Virus record (IMG/VR): IMGVR_UViG_3300021185_001174
Span: 56,811-120,810 of that record
DNA length: 64,000 bases
Origin: a virus
Strand: one strand, 5' to 3'
Position 1 is the first letter of the stretch; every line of letters begins with the position of its first letter. Of this stretch, positions 56,001-64,000 are shown in pieces. The notes under the pieces are model-generated. The model had not been told where the DNA came from, made no database searches, and saw only the letters and a list, made by a program, of their open reading frames with translations. A program made the translations under genes and the position numbers.

Positions 56001-59000
56001 AGCAGATATATTTGCAGATGTAGTTGCACCTCTGCCCGTAACTGAACTTAATGTATCTGTTTCAGTGTAAGACGTTAAATACCCAGCACTCGCATGGTTA
56101 CCCCAACCATAAGCTGTGTTCCAGTTAGTAGAGTTACCGCCACTTGCATTAACTGTTCCTGATGCAGTAACTGACCCTGCCACTGATAGGCCTCCAGTAC
56201 CCCATGTATTTAATACATAACTGTTTGAACTATTATAAATTCTTAAATTTAATACCTTATTTGTAGAACCAGAAGCTGAACCGATATGCCAATAAACATT
56301 TGTACCATCGTGAGTATTTGAATATGCATGTCCTGGAAAATAAGTTGATGAACCAGTCAAATTAGCATTTTGAATAGCATTACTATTCATGTTTAGTGTG
56401 CCGGTCATTGTTCCACCAGCTTTTGGTAGAGCAGCATTAGCAGTAGTATATGCAGTATTCCAGTTAGTAGAGTTACCTCCAGTGGCCGTTACTGTTCCAT
56501 TAACTGATATACCAGCCGAACTTGTGTTTAGTTTATTAGAACCTTGATAAGCGAGATACACTGAATTAGAGTCATAATACATTTGTCTTCGCCAAGCACC
56601 TACATCAGCTCCATCGGCTATGCTACTTGCTGAAATATTAAACTCTCTCCAACCAGAACTTTGTGACCACTCGTCATGGAAAACATATCCAGTTTCAGTA
56701 GATACTTCATTCGTATTTGAATCGGATTTATGTCCAACTCTAATATTAAAGTTTCCTTCTCCATCATTCCATGTAATCCAATGTTTTCCTGATTCGAAAG
56801 AAAGAGAATCTGCATTATTTAATGCTAATGTACCGGTCATGGTTCCACCAGACTTAGGTAATACTGTACTAAAGAAAGTATTATTATCATCAACTGCAGC
56901 TGCTAACTCGTTTAGAGTGTTTAATGTTCCTGGAGCTCCATCAATTAAATTATCAATCTGTGTTCCTACATATGTTTCAGTTGCATATCCTGAGAGTGAT
57001 GGAATTGTTGTAGAGTTAAAAGCATTTGAACCAAGTTCTCTTGTTCCAATAATTCCGCTTCCATCTATCATTACGGCGGTTGCTTCCGAGCTTTGGCCTG
57101 ATAGATTTTGTAATGTTAAATTATTCGCAGTTATTCTTCCATTTACATCTAAAAGAGAATTTGGTGTGAATAATCCACTACCAATACCAACATTACCATT
57201 TGCTCTAATAAACATTTTAGTTGAAGGCGCCGCTTGACCTGATGTTGATGTTTTAAATTCTAATCTACCATTGTAGTTTCCATCATCTGTAGAAGTAATT
57301 TGTGTTGTATTCCATATATTAGTATTATTAGGATGGCCACTTCTAAATGTTAATTTTGCTGAACCTAAGTTATATTGTGATGCAATTGTAATACCTGTAT
57401 TTCCAGAATTAGGGTCGCCTACTTGTAATTGTGTAACAGCACTATCAGTACCTATAGCTACATTACCTTGATAGTCAACTCTCATTCTTTCTACTAAAGA
57501 AGTTCCTGCTGCTCCAGAAACAGTGTTAGCGTTGTTTGTGTATACAACAAATGCTCCACTTCCTTCCTTCACTTGGCTATCAGCATTACTATTTTGACCA
57601 ACCTCTGCTCCAATTCTTACTTGAGGAGTTTCGTTTGTATTGTCATCTTCAAAGCTAAAATCAATAAAAGACTTCTGCTGTGCAATATCTGCACCAGTAT
57701 CATGGTGAAGTGTTAATAACGTAGCATCTCCAGTGTTTACCACTGTACTTGTTATAGCACCACTAGAGATAGTTCCAATATTTACAAGATTTCGTGATGA
57801 ATCTATTACTGCAGTTGTATTTACATAATATCCACCATTTACATAAAGACCGCTAGAATATAATCTTGACCTCCATGTGCTTCCTAGTCTTGTCTCAAAT
57901 CTATCTGAATATCCTAATATTGAAGTTGTAGGAATTCCTCCAGTACCTGTAGCACTAAATGCGATTACTGAAACATTATTTGCTGGATTAAATAATCTTA
58001 TATTTTCGTTGTAGTTATTGTAATTTGTTCCATCATTAATCCAAACCGACCCATTTTGTATTGTTCCTGCAAAGGTAGCGTTACCTGAAGAGTTAATTTC
58101 AAGAACTGGCGTACCACCACTGGGTTGTACTCTAAATGTTGAACCTGATGCTGAAAGTTCTACATTACCACTTGAGTCTTGTAGTTTAATTCCTGCTATA
58201 CCATCTGTTGATTGAAATGTAGCGGCAATATTAGCTGTGCCACTATTGACACTCAAAACACCACTAGAGATAGTTCCTACGCTGGTAAAGTTAGCACTAT
58301 TAAATGTAATGTCTCCAGTAGATGAATTTATACTTAACTGACCTGTATCATCTGTTATACCATTCCTTACTCTTACTATTCCATCAAAATATGCACCTTG
58401 ACTAGAATTAACATATAGGTAATTGTCACTTACTAAAACAACACCATCATTTCTAACTCTAAATAGGTCTGAATTAGAACTATCTTTTACAGTTAATGCG
58501 TCTGCTGTATTATCAGATGTACTTCCAGTTGATGTAATAGCACCACTAGAGATAGTTCCTACGTTAGTAGCTGGGTTATTTTTAAAATCTACTGCACTTC
58601 CAGTTAACGCAAACTCTACGCCGCCACTTGCACCATGAGTATAAAAATTTAAAACATTTGCATTAGCAGCAATTAAAGGTTTATTAGAACCATATCCACC
58701 AGCCCATTGTATATCCGCACCATCATTTAGTTGTAATTTGCCTGAAGAGGTTATAGTGCCACTAGAGATAGTTCCTGCAAAGGTAGCGTTACCTGAATTG
58801 TCTATATTAAAAGTTTCAGTTGTACTTCCTGCACTATTATCAAAAAATTGAAACTGCAATTTGTCGCCACTAGTTCCTCTTATCAAATAAATATCATTTG
58901 AATCTGAAAAAGAGTTTGAGTCTGTAAAACCTAAAGTTGGTCTTGTTGAGTTTATGTATATACTTGCACTTCCTGAATTAGAGGTAGAAGTAATATTACT

Positions 59001-60959
59001 TGCAGTTATAGCACCACTAGAGATAGTTCCTGCAAAAGTACCATTACCACTATTATCTACTCTGAACCTTGTAGTGGTAATTGGATTAGTAGAGCTTGAT
59101 GCTATTGCTCCAGTCTCATTGTCCCAAACTCCATAAAACAAACCTCCATCTGCAACAACTAATGTTCCATGACCTCCTGTTGAGTTTCCTCCAGCTTTAA
59201 GGTAAATATAATCTGATGTTGCTGAAGTCCATCCCCAATAAAGTAGGTCATGTTGTGGAACATTACTAAATGCAGTATCGGCGTGCAACAAAGTACCCAT
59301 ACCGGTATATATAAGTTTTCCACTACCGCCACTAAGAGTTACATCACCTGCAAAATTACCACTTCCTATATTTAATAAATTCCTAGAATTATCAATAACA
59401 GTAGATGCTCCAACCTTATAAGAAGAAGATGTAACTACGCCAAAAGTAGATGTTCCTGTACTTGTAATAGCACCACTAGAGATAGTTCCTATGTTGGTTA
59501 GATTACGAGAAGAATCTATAACTGTGTCTGCACCAATTTTAAGATTACCATTATAAATGCTTACATCTGTGGTGCTACCATCTCTTCCAAACCATACAGT
59601 TGATGCTTCATCGGCAGGAAATATATTTAATCCATCATTCCATGAATAAAATCTCCAATCATCTCCTGCATCATCTGTTCTCTTTAGTATTAGTTGATTC
59701 GTGTTACTTGTAGCAGTTATAGTACCACTATTAATAGTTCCTGCAAATGTAGCATTTTGACTTGAGTTTAATGTAAGAGCTACTGTTGTACCATTTGTAG
59801 CAAGTTTTAGTTGGCCATCGTTTGTTCCATATAATTGTGATTTTTGTGCATTAGAACTATTGTAGAATTGTACGCCACCAATATTTTCTGTAGCACCAGT
59901 TCTACTTGTTTTTATATCAAGCTTACTAAATGAACTACCTTGATTAATAGTAATAGTACCACTAAAATCACCAGTACTACTATATACTCCATTCCATCTA
60001 TGTACTGTATTACCTAGTGTTGCATTATTGGATACAGTTGTGCTATGTGGAATGAAACCTTCTGTCGCATAAAAATGTACATTATTACTATTACCACTTT
60101 TATAGAAATAAGTATTACCAAATCTTAATTTTTCACTTGCAGTAAATTTTAAATCTTTATTAAGAGTCATTTGAGCATTTGTATTATCCCAAATAAACTC
60201 TGCATTGGCACCTGATATTTTAAATCCACCACCATCGTTTGTTGCTGCAGTTCCACCAACACCAGCAGTAATTACTTTATCTGATACATCAAGTGTTGTT
60301 GTATTAACTGTATTTAAATCGCCAGTAATACTTAAATCACCAACAATATCTACACCCGTTGTGGTAACTGTTAGTTTAGTAGTACCCGCTCTTTGAATTT
60401 GTAAATCTTCATCATAAGAGCCAATAAGACCAGTGTCAACTGTAATTCCTTTATTAAAGTAATATCGTGCTCTATCTGTTTCAAAATGAGACCAACTAGT
60501 ATTCATGGCCCCTACTTCTGTTTGGCCATAATTGGTTTTTATTCTTAATGAGTTTCCACTACCTGAAGATAGTTGGGTATTTGAATCATCTAAATCGATT
60601 CTACCTGTTACATCTATGCCTGTTGAGGTTGTAGCAATTTTGTCGGAATTGTTATGGTATAAAGTTACTGCACCATTTTCACTAGCATTAATCATAAGTT
60701 CGCTATTTGCAGCGTTCATTAGATTAAAAGAACTTGTACGTACTTTTAAGTTACCTGTACCATTATCATGTATATAACTATTACTACCATCATGATAGAT
60801 TTTTAAATCGCCACTATTACCAAATTTGGCTTCAACATTATCTAAATAATGTATATGGGATGATGCTGTGACAGCTACGAGCTGTCCTGATGAATTGACT
60901 ATTAATGAGCCGCCTACTTCTAGGCCGTTCTTTATTCGAAAGTTATGGTCAGTTGCCAT
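53055..60959 (-). CDS. Very long tail fibre / receptor-binding protein with C-terminal intramolecular chaperone (peptidase S74)
   Basis: 2634 aa, Gly/Ser/Thr/Asn-rich repeats; SDRKLKKNIKPL...GFIAQEV...VDYG...LVEAVKE C-terminus. Confidence 0.9.
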   Translation of the reverse strand: MATDHNFRIKNGLEVGGSLIVNSSGQLVAVTASSHIHYLDNVEAKFGNSGDLKIYHDGSNSYIHDNGTGNLKVRTSSFNLMNAANSELMINASENGAVTLYHNNSDKIATTSTGIDVTGRIDLDDSNTQLSSGSGNSLRIKTNYGQTEVGAMNTSWSHFETDRARYYFNKGITVDTGLIGSYDEDLQIQRAGTTKLTVTTTGVDIVGDLSITGDLNTVNTTTLDVSDKVITAGVGGTAATNDGGGFKISGANAEFIWDNTNAQMTLNKDLKFTASEKLRFGNTYFYKSGNSNNVHFYATEGFIPHSTTVSNNATLGNTVHRWNGVYSSTGDFSGTITINQGSSFSKLDIKTSRTGATENIGGVQFYNSSNAQKSQLYGTNDGQLKLATNGTTVALTLNSSQNATFAGTINSGTITATSNTNQLILKRTDDAGDDWRFYSWNDGLNIFPADEASTVWFGRDGSTTDVSIYNGNLKIGADTVIDSSRNLTNIGTISSGAITSTGTSTFGVVTSSSYKVGASTVIDNSRNLLNIGSGNFAGDVTLSGGSGKLIYTGMGTLLHADTAFSNVPQHDLLYWGWTSATSDYIYLKAGGNSTGGHGTLVVADGGLFYGVWDNETGAIASSSTNPITTTRFRVDNSGNGTFAGTISSGAITASNITSTSNSGSASIYINSTRPTLGFTDSNSFSDSNDIYLIRGTSGDKLQFQFFDNSAGSTTETFNIDNSGNATFAGTISSGTITSSGKLQLNDGADIQWAGGYGSNKPLIAANANVLNFYTHGASGGVEFALTGSAVDFKNNPATNVGTISSGAITSTGSTSDNTADALTVKDSSNSDLFRVRNDGVVLVSDNYLYVNSSQGAYFDGIVRVRNGITDDTGQLSINSSTGDITFNSANFTSVGTISSGVLSVNSGTANIAATFQSTDGIAGIKLQDSSGNVELSASGSTFRVQPSGGTPVLEINSSGNATFAGTIQNGSVWINDGTNYNNYNENIRLFNPANNVSVIAFSATGTGGIPTTSILGYSDRFETRLGSTWRSRLYSSGLYVNGGYYVNTTAVIDSSRNLVNIGTISSGAITSTVVNTGDATLLTLHHDTGADIAQQKSFIDFSFEDDNTNETPQVRIGAEVGQNSNADSQVKEGSGAFVVYTNNANTVSGAAGTSLVERMRVDYQGNVAIGTDSAVTQLQVGDPNSGNTGITIASQYNLGSAKLTFRSGHPNNTNIWNTTQITSTDDGNYNGRLEFKTSTSGQAAPSTKMFIRANGNVGIGSGLFTPNSLLDVNGRITANNLTLQNLSGQSSEATAVMIDGSGIIGTRELGSNAFNSTTIPSLSGYATETYVGTQIDNLIDGAPGTLNTLNELAAAVDDNNTFFSTVLPKSGGTMTGTLALNNADSLSFESGKHWITWNDGEGNFNIRVGHKSDSNTNEVSTETGYVFHDEWSQSSGWREFNISASSIADGADVGAWRRQMYYDSNSVYLAYQGSNKLNTSSAGISVNGTVTATGGNSTNWNTAYTTANAALPKAGGTMTGTLNMNSNAIQNANLTGSSTYFPGHAYSNTHDGTNVYWHIGSASGSTNKVLNLRIYNSSNSYVLNTWGTGGLSVAGSVTASGTVNASGGNSTNWNTAYGWGNHASAGYLTSYTETDTLSSVTGRGATTSANISATSFSGNVYGATTGAPDATIWGISRDQYPNYGIFYDEGNPDKILYKWAGATKFNINMETGALDTPSTITASGGNSTNWNTAYGWGNHASAGYITDGNTNWNNSYGFITASDSSITNKLPLAGGTMTGQLTISGTSPQMKFNDTNGDDFWLHVNGNRFYILPDRDDSGGWETPYALELDSSTNIGYAFSHRLFTEAYHPNADKWTTARTLTLSGDLSGSVSFDGSANFTLTAAVADDSHNHVVSNVDGLQSALNAKTSLDHFRHTGESNYTSTTTSALLTEALGKDAFDSKLTAHKTSWSYAGNGNLTDAGRLTELAGTSWLWWTDNSTDNVQGNITGLVIAPNTGGSAGKMFVYNNQGASYSPGWREIWTSTSDGAGSGLDADKLDNQEGSYYLDYNNFTNTPTAGDITSVGAGTGLTGGGTSGGVTLNVIGGSGITANANDIAVDSTVIRTTGDQSMSGVKTHTSRLALSSGQMLSLGDTNHHLVKVSTGYSGSTVDGPRLQGHQGGELATNISSNQYSLRWDSAGNIHVRGDGKFNGSKIEGDGKEIVRFNDSWLRLNPDVDFTSGIYCGAGVLRTDGNFQVGSSGAKFSVSGSNGNVTVAGTVDGVDIAARNAVLTSTTTTANGALQKSGGTMSGQLTMNGQTIAMTNGTITGANKITFNDPGASEGLAWNGGNLWQIYESADAQTNTAGNLQFTSGSGNGTKRFTITTDGYIGAARTYFAVDRSTGYFYNDSGTRTAYTGGDFYIKSDVGNCYIYASNTYLGNTSGDTIRFRGNNVTADSWGISTGGDLSVSNKVIHKGDTDTYTSFSAADTWELYCGGYRMIKAVEASSGYDYLTFGQGSSGSNTGEFHLNMSSGDFHADGNVIAYSTTTSSDRKLKKNIKPLEGALEKVQNLNGVSFQWKRNDKESIGFIAQEVQEVVPEIVHNNRIEEDGVLKSESLGVDYGNITALLVEAVKEQQALINRLEERIKTLESKSEK
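55770..56477 (-). repeat. Three exact 18-bp copies of CCAGTTAGTAGAGTTACC (GNSTNW module)
   Basis: Copies at 55770, 56121 and 56460. Confidence 0.85.
57760..59489 (-). repeat. Six exact 17-bp copies of CCACTAGAGATAGTTCC (GTISSG module junction)
   Basis: Copies at 57760, 58261, 58543, 58759, 59014 and 59473; degenerate copy near 59725. Confidence 0.9.
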
Positions 60960-61007
60960 TTATATGTTCTCCGTTTCACTTTCCACGGTGATGTTATTAT
61001 GTATTAC

Positions 61008-61015
61008 TATTTATA
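61008..61015 (-). promoter_or_regulatory. Late promoter (long fibre gene)
   Basis: Intergenic TATAAATA. Confidence 0.8.
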
Positions 61016-61019
61016 CAAT

Positions 61020-64000
61020 CTAAACAGTCAAACTATGACAAACAACTTTAAATGTCATACTATTTATTGATGTTGGTGTAGCCAATAACCTAAAGTTACT
61101 AGAACTAATATCCGCATCGAATGTAGCCTCTACCGAACTACCAGTATGAACTTCTCCAAACTCTGTAATGTTTGCTGTAGTACCATCATGGATTGCTAAT
61201 ATCTCTGTTGAGTGATAAGTACTATCTGTAGTATTAGTAATCTGAATTGTAAACCTAGCACTTCTAAAGTCAGCAATTGGAAATGTATGAATCGCCACTT
61301 GAGTCGTTGCTGAAGTAGATGAAGTTGTTGTATCAATACCATATTCTTCTACTTGAAGTTTTGCCTTAACAGTAGTTTTACCAATTCCAACCCGGCCTGT
61401 GGAATCAAATGTAATTAAATTAGCTTCAACACCACTAGCTCCAGGCCTAAATAACAATCTTCCACTAATATCTCCATTAATCCAATACTTGTTACTACCA
61501 GCTTCACTAAATCTTATATATTGGCCATAACCAGTATCACTATCAATAAATAATGAGGAATGGCTAGTATCTGATTCGATTTTTACTCCTGAATCACCAC
61601 TAAATTTAACGTGTAAAGGTTGAGCTGGAGAAGATGTTCCAATACCAACTTTTTCTGAACTATCTAATGTAATTCCTCTATTACCTACAACTCCTCCGCC
61701 ACCATTTTGAATTTGTAATTTATTAGAAGAGTTATCCAATATTATTTGAGCATAATTATCATCATCTGTATCACCCAAAGCCAATTGAACATAGGCTGTA
61801 TTTGGTGATGTAATAGCTACAGCAGTATTGCCTGTCCCATTAACTTGCAATTTTCTTGTTGGAGAAGTTGTTCCGATACCAACATCACCTAAATGATTTA
61901 TTATCATTCTGTCGGTAGATGTTGTTTGGAATTTAAAAGCACCACCAGATGAGGATGCATTTAATATAATCCCCGCGCCAACTAAACTATTACTTTCAAA
62001 TGTTTTTACAGCCAAATACCTTGAAGCATGTCCACCGCTTATTCTTACAGCATCTGATGTATCACTGCCATTTGCAACATGAAATTTTGTAGCGGGAGCA
62101 GTTGTTCCAATACCAACTTTACCATCGTTTTTAATGCGCATGGCCTCTATGGCGGCGCTACCATTATAAACACCAAACTCAATACCACCGTCACCGTGAA
62201 GTCTTGCTGATGTACCAGTTTTATAGAGCCTTACATTACTATTATTAACCCAAACAGTAGTTGGCATAACTATAGCATCACTGTTTGTTTCTATGATTGG
62301 ACCATAACTAACAGCATATCCAGATTTTTCTCCAACCTTAAAGGATTTTCCATTATCATGTACTTCAAATTTCTTGGATGGCGAACTAGTTCCGATTCCA
62401 ACATTGCCTGATGAGTCTATTCTCATGCGTTCAGAACTATTAGTATCAAAAATTAAAGGATGATTACTATAAGTTCCAATATTTGCTGTGGAGTTCTGAG
62501 CGTAAGCCAGAAGATTACAATTATTAGTAGTGTCTTTTAAATCAAGAGTAGGTGATGAATCACCATGAGCTTTAATATTATTTGAAAGGTGAAGGTCTTT
62601 CCATTGGTAACTAGCATTTCCTAAATCTTTAGTTCCGTTTACATTAGCACCAGAGTAATCAGTAGGAACTATAGCTTGTGAAGTTGTACCTATACCAACA
62701 CCACCATTACTTGCACTTCTTGGGTCAAGAACCATATAAGAAACTGCACTAGCTCTACTACCAATAGAGCCAACTGTTGCTGAGTCCTTTCTTAACTCTA
62801 ATAAAGTGCCATCGCTAGTTTTTCTATTAAGCAATAAAGGCAAATCACCATCTCTAACAATGGAAACAAAATCATTAGTGCCGTCTATTCTTATTCCGTT
62901 TGTTGTATTGTCTGCAACAGTTTTACCAAATAAAGCAATACCTCCTGAGGTAATACGCATTCTTTCGTTTGAGCCCATGTTTATGACAAAAGGCATACTA
63001 CCACCTGATGACCAAGTTTGATGAATACCAAATGCTCTATTTGCTTCAGTTGCATCATCAGTCATAAATAATTTAACTCTTGAATTTCTTGAGCCATCCT
63101 GTACACCTAAGTGATACCCTACTGTTTGACCTGCAGTATTAGATGTTACTGCCATAAATCTATCAGTATTACCACCAATGTTCGTCGATGATTGCGCAGT
63201 ATATGATGTATGCCCAAGAATAAAATTATTTCCATCATTTAGTTTAAGCATAGGAGTTGTACCACCGGAGTTATAAAAATTTAAATCTCCTGCTGCATCT
63301 ACGCCTATCTGATAACTTTCAGTCCCACTATTTTCTTCTATATGAAATGCCTGATGGGAAGTATTTGATTTAACCATAAGTGGGAAAGAAGATGTGGTTT
63401 CTTTACCACCCACTACTAAATTTTTATTAAAGTTCCACTCGTCATTAGCTGATGTATATGTAAGTGATGGATTAGTTCCACCCGTATCAACTACAATACC
63501 AGCACCATTTGCATTAGCTGCACTTCCAGCATTATTAGCTACTGTAATTGTTTTATCTGTAACATCAAGATTTGTAACCGATGTACTATTGATATCACCT
63601 ACGATATTTAAATTACCTGATACTGCAAGGTCGCCTGTTATACCCAACTGTGTTGAAGACAAGAACATCTTCTGTGTTCCAGCAATATCAAATCTTATAA
63701 TATCTTCATCAGCAGTTTCTTCTACTTGAATTTTTGTATCACCATCATTATCTTCAATAGATGAACCGCCACCACCACCAGATGCATTTCCCCAAATTAA
63801 TGAAGTGCCTGATGTAGGAACTTTGAGAACTTGACCTGCTGAACCAATAGTAGTTGGGAATGTGTATGCAGCATTAAATGTAATTTCACCAGTATCATCT
63901 ACTTGAAGTCTTGTATTTTGTGTTCCGCCTTCACTGGCTGCTTCTGCCAACTGGAATCTTCCACTAGAATCTATAGATTGTACCCAAACTTGACCTGTAC
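61020..64000 (-). CDS. Second fibre / virion structural protein; N-terminus lies beyond the window end
   Basis: Repeated (M/L)RI...G.VGIGT..P modules. The frame stays open from 63950 to 64000 (TGQVWVQSIDSSGRFQ), so the listed start is not the true start. Confidence 0.85.
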   Translation of the reverse strand, partial: TGQVWVQSIDSSGRFQLAEAASEGGTQNTRLQVDDTGEITFNAAYTFPTTIGSAGQVLKVPTSGTSLIWGNASGGGGGSSIEDNDGDTKIQVEETADEDIIRFDIAGTQKMFLSSTQLGITGDLAVSGNLNIVGDINSTSVTNLDVTDKTITVANNAGSAANANGAGIVVDTGGTNPSLTYTSANDEWNFNKNLVVGGKETTSSFPLMVKSNTSHQAFHIEENSGTESYQIGVDAAGDLNFYNSGGTTPMLKLNDGNNFILGHTSYTAQSSTNIGGNTDRFMAVTSNTAGQTVGYHLGVQDGSRNSRVKLFMTDDATEANRAFGIHQTWSSGGSMPFVINMGSNERMRITSGGIALFGKTVADNTTNGIRIDGTNDFVSIVRDGDLPLLLNRKTSDGTLLELRKDSATVGSIGSRASAVSYMVLDPRSASNGGVGIGTTSQAIVPTDYSGANVNGTKDLGNASYQWKDLHLSNNIKAHGDSSPTLDLKDTTNNCNLLAYAQNSTANIGTYSNHPLIFDTNSSERMRIDSSGNVGIGTSSPSKKFEVHDNGKSFKVGEKSGYAVSYGPIIETNSDAIVMPTTVWVNNSNVRLYKTGTSARLHGDGGIEFGVYNGSAAIEAMRIKNDGKVGIGTTAPATKFHVANGSDTSDAVRISGGHASRYLAVKTFESNSLVGAGIILNASSSGGAFKFQTTSTDRMIINHLGDVGIGTTSPTRKLQVNGTGNTAVAITSPNTAYVQLALGDTDDDNYAQIILDNSSNKLQIQNGGGGVVGNRGITLDSSEKVGIGTSSPAQPLHVKFSGDSGVKIESDTSHSSLFIDSDTGYGQYIRFSEAGSNKYWINGDISGRLLFRPGASGVEANLITFDSTGRVGIGKTTVKAKLQVEEYGIDTTTSSTSATTQVAIHTFPIADFRSARFTIQITNTTDSTYHSTEILAIHDGTTANITEFGEVHTGSSVEATFDADISSSNFRLLATPTSINSMTFKVVCHSLTV

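Noticed and set aside
13530-56815. Short alternative-frame minus-strand ORFs nested in genes (13530, 16475, 17734, 25537, 29404, 43223, 43547, 55838, 56618)
   Set aside because: They are fully nested in conserved genes and have no independent signals.
55770-59489. Fibre repeats as a CRISPR array or diversity-generating retroelement
   Set aside because: The repeats are in-frame coding with irregular long spacing. There are no cas genes, no reverse transcriptase and no adenine-specific TR/VR pair in the window.
632-63729. All plus-strand ORFs in the supplied track (e.g. 3866-4255, 12465-12845, 33582-33971)
   Set aside because: They are antisense shadows of well-supported minus-strand genes, with no RBS, no motifs and atypical composition.
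1-64000. Stop-codon reassignment
   Set aside because: Core genes are full length in code 11; TAA, TAG and TGA all terminate genes, and no suppressor tRNA is present.

Overview
This AT-rich 64 kb window is part of a large T4-like (Tevenvirinae-type, probably marine) myophage genome. All credible genes are on the minus strand, and the genetic code is standard. In transcription order (right to left) it holds: two long fibre genes; the neck, terminase, tail and head module (gp13-14-15-16-17-[RimK fusion]-18-19-20-67-68-21-22-23); a lipoprotein; gp3-uvsY-uvsW; gp55-47-46; tRNA-Arg(UCU); a vWA/MoxR pair; gp45-44-62-regA; hsp20; gp43; a sugar-nucleotide/glycosyltransferase block; ribosomal protein bS21; uvsX-40-41; thyX; tRNA-Ala(UGC); DNA ligase; and a six-gene operon whose products carry T4 capsid-targeting-like N-termini. 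I found 15 sigma70-type early promoters (TTTAC[A/T]-N17-TATAAT) and about a dozen T4 late promoters (TATAAATA). Three candidate systems stand out. (1) A putative virion-packaged enzyme payload: P-loop kinase, ligase-fold protein, HxGH nucleotidyltransferase and PD-(D/E)xK-like nuclease. (2) A RimK-retropepsin (RimB-like) fusion plus phage bS21, which may remodel the host 30S platform. (3) A possible uronic-acid or pentose DNA glycosylation locus at the position T4 uses for beta-gt/gp42. All family assignments come from motif recognition by eye; no searches were run.
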